Shown: one piece after another, positions 1 through 8,213 of the stretch
Layout of the letters: each line of letters opens with the position of its first letter
Numbering within the stretch: position 1 is the stretch's first letter
Source of the DNA: a virus
Lineage: Duplodnaviria; Heunggongvirae; Uroviricota; Caudoviricetes
Strand: one strand, 5' to 3'
IMG/VR virus record: IMGVR_UViG_3300047560_001287
Coordinates: 1 to 64,000 of that record
Length of the DNA: 64,000 nt
Program-made: the position numbers and the translations under genes
The notes under the pieces: generated by a model
Seen by the model: the letters and a program-made list of their open reading frames with translations, nothing else
Databases searched by the model: none
What the model was told of the DNA's origin: nothing

Positions 1-214
1 AGCGTTGGCTAGAGAAGTTATATTCTCAAGGCACACTAGAGTTGGATTACAAAAGTTGTGAAATGTTGAGCGATGATTTATACAATCAAATCGCACAACG
101 ATATCCCGATCGTGACATTGAGATTACTGTCTCCGAAGATGGTGAGAACGGCGCTACGATTTATTACAATAGAACTAAACCTTATCAACAACTCGCTATT
201 TAAAGGAAAATAAA

Positions 215-421
215 ATGGCAAAACCGCAAATCAAACCCAACGCAAAAGTCAATCAAATCTTTGACGATTTAGACAAATATTTAGATTTTTGCCAAGAGTA
301 TGGTTATAAGTATGACGAAGCAGATTTATACAATCAGCGGAGTTATGTGTATCGTCAATTTACTAAGTTTGCTACTAGCAGACCAGTAAAAAATCAATGG
401 GTGGAACACGCACGTCCATGA
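215..421 (+). CDS. hypothetical small protein (68 aa)
   Basis: ORF with AAGGAAA RBS 7 nt upstream; ends with ATGA overlap into next gene. Confidence 0.45.
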   Translation: MAKPQIKPNAKVNQIFDDLDKYLDFCQEYGYKYDEADLYNQRSYVYRQFTKFATSRPVKNQWVEHARP

Positions 422-1173
422 AAATAGTTTTAGTCACTGGTGGATTTGATCCACTACATAGCGGTCATATTGAATATTTCAAAGCCGCAAAACAGTTAGG
501 CGACAAGTTAGTTGTTGGCGTAAACAGTGACGCATGGTTGGCTCGTAAAAAGGGCCAACCTTTTATGCCTATTGCTGAACGTATGTCAATCATTGAGAAT
601 TTAAAAATGGTAGATCATTGTGTTATCTATAACGATGACGATGGTTCTAGCATCGAAGCTATTCGTAATGTAAAAATGATGTATCCAAATGATGAAATCA
701 TTTTTGCTAACGGTGGCGATAGAAATAAAAACAACATTCCAGAAATGGTATTTGATGATGTTAATTTTGTTTTCGGCGTCGGTGGTGAAAACAAAATGAA
801 TTCCAGTTCTTGGATATTGCAAGAATGGAAGCAACCTAAAATAATGCGACCATGGGGATATTATCGTATACTACACGAAGTATCAGGATGCAAAGTTAAA
901 GAACTAACAATTGAACCTGGTCAACGTCTTAGTATGCAAAAACATTTTAAGCGTAATGAATATTGGCTAGTTACACATGGTATGTGTCATGTCAATAGCA
1001 TGATGCCAAATGGTTATGTTTTGCCAGTAACGTTATTAAATGAACATCATAGTAAACATATTCCTAAAGGTGATTGGCATCAGTTAATTAACCCATATGA
1101 AATTCCTTGTCGTATTGTAGAAATACAATACGGTGAAGAATGTGTAGAAGAAGATATTGAGAGAAAAGAATGA
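418..1173 (+). CDS. nucleotidyltransferase (HldE domain II / RfaE-II-like, HxGH motif) fused to type-II phosphomannose-isomerase cupin domain
   Basis: N-term TGGFDPLHSGHIEYF...LGDKLVVGVNSDAWLARKKG matches ADP-heptose synthase domain II. C-term RPWGYY...GQRLSMQKHFKRNEYWLVTHG...EIQYGEECVEEDIER matches ManC-type PMI cupin. Start chosen at ATG 418 (ATGA overlap). Confidence 0.7.
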   Translation: MKIVLVTGGFDPLHSGHIEYFKAAKQLGDKLVVGVNSDAWLARKKGQPFMPIAERMSIIENLKMVDHCVIYNDDDGSSIEAIRNVKMMYPNDEIIFANGGDRNKNNIPEMVFDDVNFVFGVGGENKMNSSSWILQEWKQPKIMRPWGYYRILHEVSGCKVKELTIEPGQRLSMQKHFKRNEYWLVTHGMCHVNSMMPNGYVLPVTLLNEHHSKHIPKGDWHQLINPYEIPCRIVEIQYGEECVEEDIERKE

Positions 1174-2357
1174 GAACACTATATTACATGGGTCTAGAAC
1201 CCTACAAAGCAAGATACACTCTACAACTCACAGAGTGGAATGAGCGTGTCTTTAAGCGTAGAGGTATTGACTATGTAGTAGTACCCGGTGAAACATTATC
1301 TACAGACCAACAAATCGTAACAGGTCAAGTATTAGATGCACATGGTCGTAGTTATTTTGGCATGAGTCAATTAATGACATTGGTCAAGTGGATGAAAGAA
1401 GGAATTGTTACAAGTGAAGATGTTATCTACTTTGAAGATATGTTTCAACCAGGCTTTGAGAGTTTGCCTTATATTCTTAATCAGGTCCCTCAGTCGCATC
1501 GTCCAAAGATTTTTGTTAGATGCTTGGCTCAGTCAATCGACCCTGATGACTTTGTGCATGTATGGGGGATGTCCAAGTGGATGGGGCTATATGAACAGAT
1601 GGTGTGTGAGGCTGTCAGTCAAAGTGGGGGTGCTATCCTTGCGTCTAACGAAGAAATGGTCATGAACATGAAGATTGCAGGTTGGGAAGTTCCAATCTAC
1701 AATATCAGTGGTCTAGCATTTGGTAAACAAGAAGTAATTGAACGAGTTGGTACAATCAAACCATTCAATGAACGCAAACATCGTGTCGTGTTCTCAGCAC
1801 GATGGGATCAAGAAAAACAACCAGACTTCTATATGGATTTAATTGATGCTTGGCACAAACGTCATCCTGGAAGTGGTGTAGAGTTTGCAATTTGTTCAGG
1901 TGCAAAATTAAAAAGTAACAACGATAGTTATATGCAACGCACCCGAAATATGCAGGCTGCAGGAACCTTAACTTTACATGAGGATTTAAACAAAAATGAT
2001 TACTATAATATTGTCAATGATAGTCGTGTTGTTTTTAACTGTGCTTTACAAGATTGGGTTAGTAACACAGTTTCCGAAGCGGACGCTCTTGGTTGCAATG
2101 TGTTGTATCCTGCTTATAGGAGTTTCCCAGAAACTTTTGCAAATGATTATACCAGACTTTACGTACCATGGTCTATTGATGATGCTTTGGACAAACTTGA
2201 AAAGTTATTGAAGAAGCCCAGTGATAACATGGGTAAAATCAGTGACTGGACTGACTTGACTATTGACCGTATCTGTGATATCATTGAGGGGAAGGGTGAA
2301 CAATACCTTCGTATGTCAACCGATTATCGTAAACATTCTAGAGAAAGCAAATACTAA
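1170..2357 (+). CDS. putative GT-B fold glycosyltransferase
   Basis: 395 aa. C-terminal region VVFNCALQDWVSNTVSEADALGCNVLYP resembles the E-x7-E/GT4 nucleotide-sugar binding segment. ATGA overlap with upstream gene. Confidence 0.5.
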   Translation: MRTLYYMGLEPYKARYTLQLTEWNERVFKRRGIDYVVVPGETLSTDQQIVTGQVLDAHGRSYFGMSQLMTLVKWMKEGIVTSEDVIYFEDMFQPGFESLPYILNQVPQSHRPKIFVRCLAQSIDPDDFVHVWGMSKWMGLYEQMVCEAVSQSGGAILASNEEMVMNMKIAGWEVPIYNISGLAFGKQEVIERVGTIKPFNERKHRVVFSARWDQEKQPDFYMDLIDAWHKRHPGSGVEFAICSGAKLKSNNDSYMQRTRNMQAAGTLTLHEDLNKNDYYNIVNDSRVVFNCALQDWVSNTVSEADALGCNVLYPAYRSFPETFANDYTRLYVPWSIDDALDKLEKLLKKPSDNMGKISDWTDLTIDRICDIIEGKGEQYLRMSTDYRKHSRESKY

Positions 2358-2358
2358 T

Positions 2359-3276
2359 ATGTCAACAGAAGTAGTTAAAAACCCTGAGCATGAAAAACTC
2401 ATTGAGATTTTAAAGTTCACTCCGTGTACTTACAAGATTCAATTGTGGGGATATGGTGGTGAATATGTGATGGGTACAGTAGACCGCAAAATATACGACT
2501 ATTTCAAAAGACGCCGTCTTGACATAAGTGACTATGCCTGGGATAGTGACTATGCTAATGACAATCAAATTCCTGAAGATATGCAACCATTCTATCCAGG
2601 TCAATGGCATGACTGTGATGATATGGGTCATCACTGGGGTGTTGACAGAGGCGCAGGCACGTTGCAAATCTTAGACGAAAACGACAATGTAGTTTATGAA
2701 GCCAGTACTGATAACATTGATGGTTACAGTGAAGATAGCCCTGAATGGCGTGGTGGTGACGAGATATGGATTGACATGAAAGATCCAGGCACTGTTGTAT
2801 TCTTAGGAGTAAGCAGTGAGAAAGGTACGTTCTATGAAGGTCACTTAGAACTAAAATCTCCTTTCGATATCACTAAACTTTCACTCGAATATTCAGAGAT
2901 TGATTGTAACGAAATCATCACCGGTGTGTACTATAACGATGAACAAATTGACAACTACGGTGGTGACACTAGTGGCAAGAGTTCAGACTTTGGTTTCTAC
3001 ATTGCAGGCTCTAACAAGCACGATGGTAAGGGATACGAGAAGTATTCAAACATGGATGACATTGTTTATCCATTGACTGACTGGTTCCCTAAAAAAATCA
3101 AACCAGTCCGTGAAGGTATATATAATGTAAAGACTGCTGGTAAGAATAGTTATACATATCAAGCAAAGTGGACTGGTGATAAGTGGATCAAGACATGGAA
3201 TGATGAAGAAGTGAAAATTAAAGAGTGGCAGGGAATTAGTATCGATCCAGATTTAGAGGAGACAACAAATGGCTGA
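2359..3276 (+). CDS. hypothetical protein (305 aa), acidic, Trp/Tyr-rich
   Basis: Long ORF. Start set to first ATG after upstream stop. Confidence 0.5.
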   Translation: MSTEVVKNPEHEKLIEILKFTPCTYKIQLWGYGGEYVMGTVDRKIYDYFKRRRLDISDYAWDSDYANDNQIPEDMQPFYPGQWHDCDDMGHHWGVDRGAGTLQILDENDNVVYEASTDNIDGYSEDSPEWRGGDEIWIDMKDPGTVVFLGVSSEKGTFYEGHLELKSPFDITKLSLEYSEIDCNEIITGVYYNDEQIDNYGGDTSGKSSDFGFYIAGSNKHDGKGYEKYSNMDDIVYPLTDWFPKKIKPVREGIYNVKTAGKNSYTYQAKWTGDKWIKTWNDEEVKIKEWQGISIDPDLEETTNG

Positions 3277-3775
3277 GTGGAGCGTAAAACCCCAGTGGAA
3301 GAAATCAATTATTGAGCGCCAAGAATGGACTAAAGATGGACAATCATTCATCTATGAAACAGGTTGGCGCGGTGGTGAGTTTACTGTATACACAGATGAT
3401 GACAATCCCCCAGACATTGAAGCAGGTGTAGATATCTATAACTGTGACTATGAAACTGAACTTGTAGAAACATTTGATGGATGCTGGGACGATTATGATT
3501 TCGACGGTTGTGATGAAGAAACACAAGCGTGGCTAGAAGAATTCCTAGAAGAAAATTCTGTATTTGATTTGGAAGAACACGGTTGGTATAGCAATGATAC
3601 TGAAATGATTATTGATTGCGACTTAATCATTGAACGCATCGACGGTGACGAAGAACAAATTATTCACACTGGTCAACCAGAAGAAGAAGTCTTACCTGAA
3701 CTTGCACCTATTGTAGAAGAAAGAGCAAAATGGCCCTTCACTAGACCACAAGAAGGCACTAAGGAGGAAGAATAA
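3269..3775 (+). CDS. hypothetical highly acidic protein (168 aa)
   Basis: ORF overlapping upstream by 8 nt. About 30 percent Asp+Glu. Confidence 0.5.
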   Translation: MAEWSVKPQWKKSIIERQEWTKDGQSFIYETGWRGGEFTVYTDDDNPPDIEAGVDIYNCDYETELVETFDGCWDDYDFDGCDEETQAWLEEFLEENSVFDLEEHGWYSNDTEMIIDCDLIIERIDGDEEQIIHTGQPEEEVLPELAPIVEERAKWPFTRPQEGTKEEE

Positions 3776-4002
3776 TGGCACGAAAGAAAAAAGAAGTATT
3801 GGCTAACGAACCATCAGGTGGTTGGCCCGTAATTAGTCAAGGTCAACACCTGACCGTAAAGACTTTTGAAGATGGTTCAACTGAACTTGTTTGGGACGAT
3901 GAAGCATTATTGGAAGCAGTAAGAGAAGCAATTGCCTCTGTAGAAACAGAAGAAGCGAAAGCAAAACCAAAACCAAAGCGTAAATCAAAGGAGAAAAAAT
4001 GA
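3775..4002 (+). CDS. hypothetical small protein with Lys-rich tail
   Basis: TAATG overlap start. C-term KAKPKPKRKSKEKK. Confidence 0.4.
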   Translation: MARKKKEVLANEPSGGWPVISQGQHLTVKTFEDGSTELVWDDEALLEAVREAIASVETEEAKAKPKPKRKSKEKK

Positions 4003-4190
4003 GCGCACATAACGATATCAACACACACTTGGAAGCATATTTAGCAGAGAGTGAAAAATTTGAAAAGGGCAACAATGCCGCAGGTACACGTGCCCGCAAA
4101 GCATTAGCAGAACTAGCGAAAGCAGTTAAGGCTCGCCGTAATGAAATTACTGCTGAAAAAACTGCACGTAAAGAAGCGAAGGCAAAATAA
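3999..4190 (+). CDS. histone H1-like / KA-rich small basic DNA-binding-type protein
   Basis: 63 aa. AAGTRARKALAELAKAVKARR...KTARKEAKAK low-complexity basic helix. Confidence 0.4.
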   Translation: MSAHNDINTHLEAYLAESEKFEKGNNAAGTRARKALAELAKAVKARRNEITAEKTARKEAKAK

Positions 4191-4191
4191 A

Positions 4192-4383
4192 ATGTCAAAA
4201 CTAAACAAACTCGCAAAAGTAAATGAATCTATCAGTGTCAATCGGTATGATAACGGTTTTATGGTAGAAATCGGAGGTCGTGATTCAGATTCAGATTGGA
4301 AGAATTGTAAAATTCTTTGCAACACGGAAGAAGAAATGATCGCCGTAATCAAAGAGTGGAATTCTAAAGAACTCGACAACTGA
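4192..4383 (+). CDS. hypothetical small protein (63 aa)
   Basis: Internal ATG immediately after upstream stop. Confidence 0.4.
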   Translation: MSKLNKLAKVNESISVNRYDNGFMVEIGGRDSDSDWKNCKILCNTEEEMIAVIKEWNSKELDN

Positions 4384-4450
4384 GTATAAATACATGTGCT
4401 ACACAACGGTAGCACATTTCAATTTTCATATCCGCGTAAGGAAGGATTCT

Positions 4451-5131
4451 ATGAGTTATAACAAAACAAAAACCGACCCTGAGTTGGGTCAACAAGTGCA
4501 TGAGCACTTAGTCAAAATGGGTGTAGAAACACCAATCAACAAACGCAACATCGACCGCAAGGATCAAATTGCAGGCATCGAAGGTCACTTCACTGAAATC
4601 ATGCGTATCTTAGGATTAGACTTAACTGATGATAGTTTAACTGAAACACCTAAGCGTGTTGCTAAAATGTATGTTAATGAAATTTTCTGGGGTCTAGATT
4701 ATGAAGCATTTCCAAAGTGTACTACAGTTGATAACAAAATGCACTACAACGAAATGGTCGTTGAACGAAACGTTTCAGTCCAAAGTAACTGCGAACATCA
4801 CTTTGTCGTTATTGATGGCTTGGCTACAGTTGCTTATGTTCCTAAGCAGAAAGTCCTTGGCTTATCGAAGATTAATCGAATTGTCGAGTATTTTAGTAAA
4901 CGACCTCAGATCCAAGAACGTCTTACCGAGCAAATCTTCCACACACTTCAGTTCATTCTTGAAACTGAAGATGTTGCAGTCCTCATTGACGCACAACACT
5001 ATTGTGTTAAATCAAGAGGTGTTGAAGATACGGGATCCAGCACAGTTACATGCCGATTGGGTGGCGGTTTCAAAACAGATCCATCTGCACGTGGTGAGTT
5101 CTTACAAATTGCTAACAAAGGATGCAAATGA
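4451..5131 (+). CDS. folE: GTP cyclohydrolase I
   Basis: AAGGAAGGA RBS. CEHHFV catalytic motif, VAKMY, C-terminal STVTCRLGGGFK. Full-length FolE-type alignment by eye. Confidence 0.9.
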   Translation: MSYNKTKTDPELGQQVHEHLVKMGVETPINKRNIDRKDQIAGIEGHFTEIMRILGLDLTDDSLTETPKRVAKMYVNEIFWGLDYEAFPKCTTVDNKMHYNEMVVERNVSVQSNCEHHFVVIDGLATVAYVPKQKVLGLSKINRIVEYFSKRPQIQERLTEQIFHTLQFILETEDVAVLIDAQHYCVKSRGVEDTGSSTVTCRLGGGFKTDPSARGEFLQIANKGCK

Positions 5132-5322
5132 TTGAATTTCTTTCAAACATGAGTTTATTACTTGGAATGATTATTGAACAAGCAGTTTACATATTTTTAT
5201 TTTGTGTGGCGGGCTTGTTCATGTTTTATACTATAAAGAACACACCAGATAGTGCTTGTACAGGTAACTGCAATCAAGGTCGTAACTGTAACTGCAAGGA
5301 GAAGAAAGATGGGATTTCGTAA
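5122..5322 (+). CDS. small membrane protein with Cys-rich tail
   Basis: One predicted TM helix then CTGNCNQGRNCNC. Confidence 0.3.
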   Translation: MQMIEFLSNMSLLLGMIIEQAVYIFLFCVAGLFMFYTIKNTPDSACTGNCNQGRNCNCKEKKDGIS

Positions 5323-5545
5323 ACCAATGGACTACAATCAAGTGCATCATCAAATCTATATGGCAGGTGTAGAAATGAGTAGCAAATACAATGACGGTTT
5401 CACTCAATGGGAAATCAAAAAAGATTTGTATAAACTCAAATGGATGTTGGATCAGATTATGAAAGATAGTCCTACATTCGCTGATGAAGAACAATTCTTA
5501 AAAGAGAATGAACAGCGTGTAATGTGGAAGACTTTAAAGTTATGA
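5309..5545 (+). CDS. hypothetical protein (78 aa)
   Basis: AGGAGA RBS before ATG 5309. Confidence 0.4.
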   Translation: MGFRKPMDYNQVHHQIYMAGVEMSSKYNDGFTQWEIKKDLYKLKWMLDQIMKDSPTFADEEQFLKENEQRVMWKTLKL

Positions 5546-5847
5546 CTAAAACAAGCGTTGAACTAATACAAGAGGCTGCTGAAAGAATCATAAATGATCC
5601 AGTAGAACTTAAAAAGTTCATGCGACATATTCTAGGTCCTAATCGTAGGAAAATCACAGGTCAAGAACATGACCACATGTTAACTGTATTTGCTTTAGTA
5701 GAACCAATTGAATCAAGTAACAATCAAAGATCATGGACAGATGTATATGAACATGCAGGTAAAACTTATCATGTTCATTACTTTGAAGATGAAACAGAAA
5801 TAGAAGAAATACTACCAGATGATATTCAACAAGATAAAACAACTTAA
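5542..5847 (+). CDS. hypothetical protein (101 aa)
   Basis: ATGA overlap start. Confidence 0.45.
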   Translation: MTKTSVELIQEAAERIINDPVELKKFMRHILGPNRRKITGQEHDHMLTVFALVEPIESSNNQRSWTDVYEHAGKTYHVHYFEDETEIEEILPDDIQQDKTT

Positions 5848-6280
5848 AGAAGCAGGCAAAAAGATTGGCATTACATTCTCAACTTTTGACTTACTTCACG
5901 CAGGGCACATTGCTATGTTGGCTGAGGCTAAAAATCATTGTGACTACCTTATTGCAGGACTCCAAACTGACCCCACTATCGACAGACCAGATACGAAGAA
6001 TAAACCTGTACAGTCAATTGTGGAGCGACAAATACAATTGGCATCGTGTCGTTTTGTTGATGAAGTTGTTGTATACTCAACCGAACAAGACCTCATCGAC
6101 CTTCTCCTCATCCTTCCAGTTGACGTTAGAATACTCGGTGTCGAATATCAAAGTCAGGACTTTACTGGTAGAAAAGAAGGGACCGAAAAAGGTATAGAAC
6201 ACGTGTTTAACTCTCGTGACCATAGTTTCTCAAGTTCTAGTTTGAGAAAAAGAGTAGCTGAATCTGAAAATGGTAAATAA
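5819..6280 (+). CDS. cytidylyltransferase, TagD-like (glycerol-3-phosphate cytidylyltransferase family)
   Basis: GITFSTFDLLHAGHIAMLAEAK...YLIAGLQTD...RFVDEVVV aligns motif-for-motif with TagD ITYGTFDLLHWGHIKLLERAK...RYVDEVI. Confidence 0.75.
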   Translation: MIFNKIKQLKEAGKKIGITFSTFDLLHAGHIAMLAEAKNHCDYLIAGLQTDPTIDRPDTKNKPVQSIVERQIQLASCRFVDEVVVYSTEQDLIDLLLILPVDVRILGVEYQSQDFTGRKEGTEKGIEHVFNSRDHSFSSSSLRKRVAESENGK

Positions 6281-6354
6281 CATAAACCGGTCTTATGGGC
6301 TCACCCCGGTATATAAATTCTGCGTCCTATGCTAAAATTAACATAGGAGAAAAT

Positions 6355-6858
6355 ATGCATAATCCAATTACATACAAATACACAAGCACAAAAGAATACC
6401 ACGATGCGTTTCCGTGTGCTTATCGTCAATGGCGTGCAGACAGCCATTGCAACACAATTCATGGTTACAGTTTCAGTATGAAATTCTATTTCGGTACAAA
6501 CGATTTAGATGCCCGTAACTGGGCTGCCGACTATGGTGGTCTAAAAGAATTGAAGAAGTTCTTGGAAGATCAATTCGACCACACACTTATCGTAGCACAA
6601 GATGATCCAGAAATGGAAACATTCAAACTATTACAAGAAAAGAAGATGGCTAAAATCATCGTCTTGCCTGCGTTAGGTTGTGAAGCACTAAGTGATATGC
6701 TATACAAGTATGTCAATGGTGTTTACATTCCTGAGATGTGGGGTGAGGGAGAAGCAAAAAGACTTTGGTGCTACCGTGTAGAAGTACGGGAGACTCAAAG
6801 CAATATGGCTTTCAGAGAAGGTCATAGAGAGTGGAATGAAGATTTATTTAAGGAGTAA
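6355..6858 (+). CDS. queD: QueD-like 6-carboxytetrahydropterin synthase (PTPS/T-fold family), atypical metal ligands
   Basis: AGGAGA RBS. SHCNTIHGYSF matches Cx3HGH motif but second His is Tyr. FDHTLIVAQDD matches the LDHHYLND region. Confidence 0.7.
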   Translation: MHNPITYKYTSTKEYHDAFPCAYRQWRADSHCNTIHGYSFSMKFYFGTNDLDARNWAADYGGLKELKKFLEDQFDHTLIVAQDDPEMETFKLLQEKKMAKIIVLPALGCEALSDMLYKYVNGVYIPEMWGEGEAKRLWCYRVEVRETQSNMAFREGHREWNEDLFKE

Positions 6859-6860
6859 AA

Positions 6861-7481
6861 ATGTTTTCATTATTTAAAGACGTAGATAAGAAAATGATGG
6901 CAATGCTTGCAGTATTGCACGTTATTGTTATTATAATTTCAAACGCATTGGTTTCAATCCCAGTTGAAATCTTAGGTGTTAAATTAACTTGGGCGGCATT
7001 TACCTTCCCATTAGTTATTTTGGCAACAGACTTGACAGTCCGTTTACTAGGTAAAGGTATTGCACGGGCAACTATTGCGGCAGCATATCCATTTGCTATC
7101 TTAGGTAGTATTGCAGTTGTATTGTTAGAGGGAGCACCTCAATCAGTAGCATTGCGTATTGGTTTTGCTAGTGCAACAGCATACTTAGTAGGTACACTAC
7201 TTGATGTATATGTATTCCAATATGTCCGTGAGAAGTTCACTAAGCAATGGTGGGCGGCTCCTGCATTATCAATGATTGCCGCAAACTTTATTGATAGTTA
7301 CACATTCTTCAGTGTTGCATTCTATCAAAGTGCAGACGAATACATGGCGGCTAACTGGAGTGAAATTGCATTGAGTCAAACTATCCTAAAGATTGCAGTA
7401 GGTATTATTGTGTTCTTACCAGCATATGGTGTTCTATTGAACTTCTTAAAGAAGCGTATACACGATACTGACCAAGGATAA
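6861..7481 (+). CDS. yhhQ: YhhQ/DUF165-family queuosine-precursor (preQ0/preQ1) transporter
   Basis: AGGAG RBS. About 6 TM helices. N-terminal LAVLHVIVIIISNALVSIPVEILG typical of the family. Confidence 0.75.
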   Translation: MFSLFKDVDKKMMAMLAVLHVIVIIISNALVSIPVEILGVKLTWAAFTFPLVILATDLTVRLLGKGIARATIAAAYPFAILGSIAVVLLEGAPQSVALRIGFASATAYLVGTLLDVYVFQYVREKFTKQWWAAPALSMIAANFIDSYTFFSVAFYQSADEYMAANWSEIALSQTILKIAVGIIVFLPAYGVLLNFLKKRIHDTDQG

Positions 7482-7639
7482 TGAAGAACATTTGGCGTTT
7501 ATGGGCGAAAGCCCTTGGCGAAAAATCAGGTGATACGGATCAGGAAGCTGACCGTATCGCTTTGATTAGAACCTGCATTGTGCTAACATATATAGTCACA
7601 AATATTTTTATTGTTGCAGGCGTTATAAGGCATTGGTAA
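7481..7639 (+). CDS. small hydrophobic protein (52 aa)
   Basis: Fills otherwise empty gap. TAATG start and TAAATG end couplings. Not in supplied ORF track (<60 aa). Confidence 0.3.
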   Translation: MKNIWRLWAKALGEKSGDTDQEADRIALIRTCIVLTYIVTNIFIVAGVIRHW

Positions 7640-8194
7640 ATGAATATAGTAATTACAGGGCATATGGGTGGTATTGGTTTAGAATTTGCCACTCAGTTAA
7701 GAAATGCAGGTCATGTGATACATGGTTATGATTTGCTAAATGGCTATAATGTAGTTGACAGTCACACGCAAGATTTAATACTTGAACAGTTAAAATCGTG
7801 CGATGTGTTTATTAATAATGTTTATGGTGAATCACAACTTGAATTATTAAAGAAGGCAACAGCATCTTGGTTGGGTTTTAAAAAGTTAATAGTAAACATG
7901 AATAGTAAAAAGGTGTTAAAGGATCCTTCATTGATTGTTCCGGGCACACAAGAATCAAAATATTATACGGAAAAAATGAATCAAATGGTTTTCGCTAGAC
8001 AACATGCTAACACCAAAAAGACACCATTGATAATGTCAGTTTTTCCAGGATGGATTGATACAAAAGCCGCAGATACGTCTGGCGAAAATCCAACTGATAG
8101 AATGAAAGTAAGTACACTGGTAAAAACAATAGTACCATATATTGAAGATTTTTCCGAGTTCTATTTACAAGAAATGGTTATTGATTTATCATAA
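7640..8194 (+). CDS. short-chain dehydrogenase/reductase-like (compact, 184 aa)
   Basis: N-terminal ITGHMGGIG Rossmann motif. YYTEK fits YxxxK. Confidence 0.55.
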   Translation: MNIVITGHMGGIGLEFATQLRNAGHVIHGYDLLNGYNVVDSHTQDLILEQLKSCDVFINNVYGESQLELLKKATASWLGFKKLIVNMNSKKVLKDPSLIVPGTQESKYYTEKMNQMVFARQHANTKKTPLIMSVFPGWIDTKAADTSGENPTDRMKVSTLVKTIVPYIEDFSEFYLQEMVIDLS

Positions 8195-8213
8195 AGAATT
8201 ATGAAAGAAAGAA

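Noticed and set aside
6281-6354. Stem ACCGG-N15-CCGGT between the TagD-like gene and queD, considered as a terminator
   Set aside because: Loop too large and no U-tract. More likely incidental.
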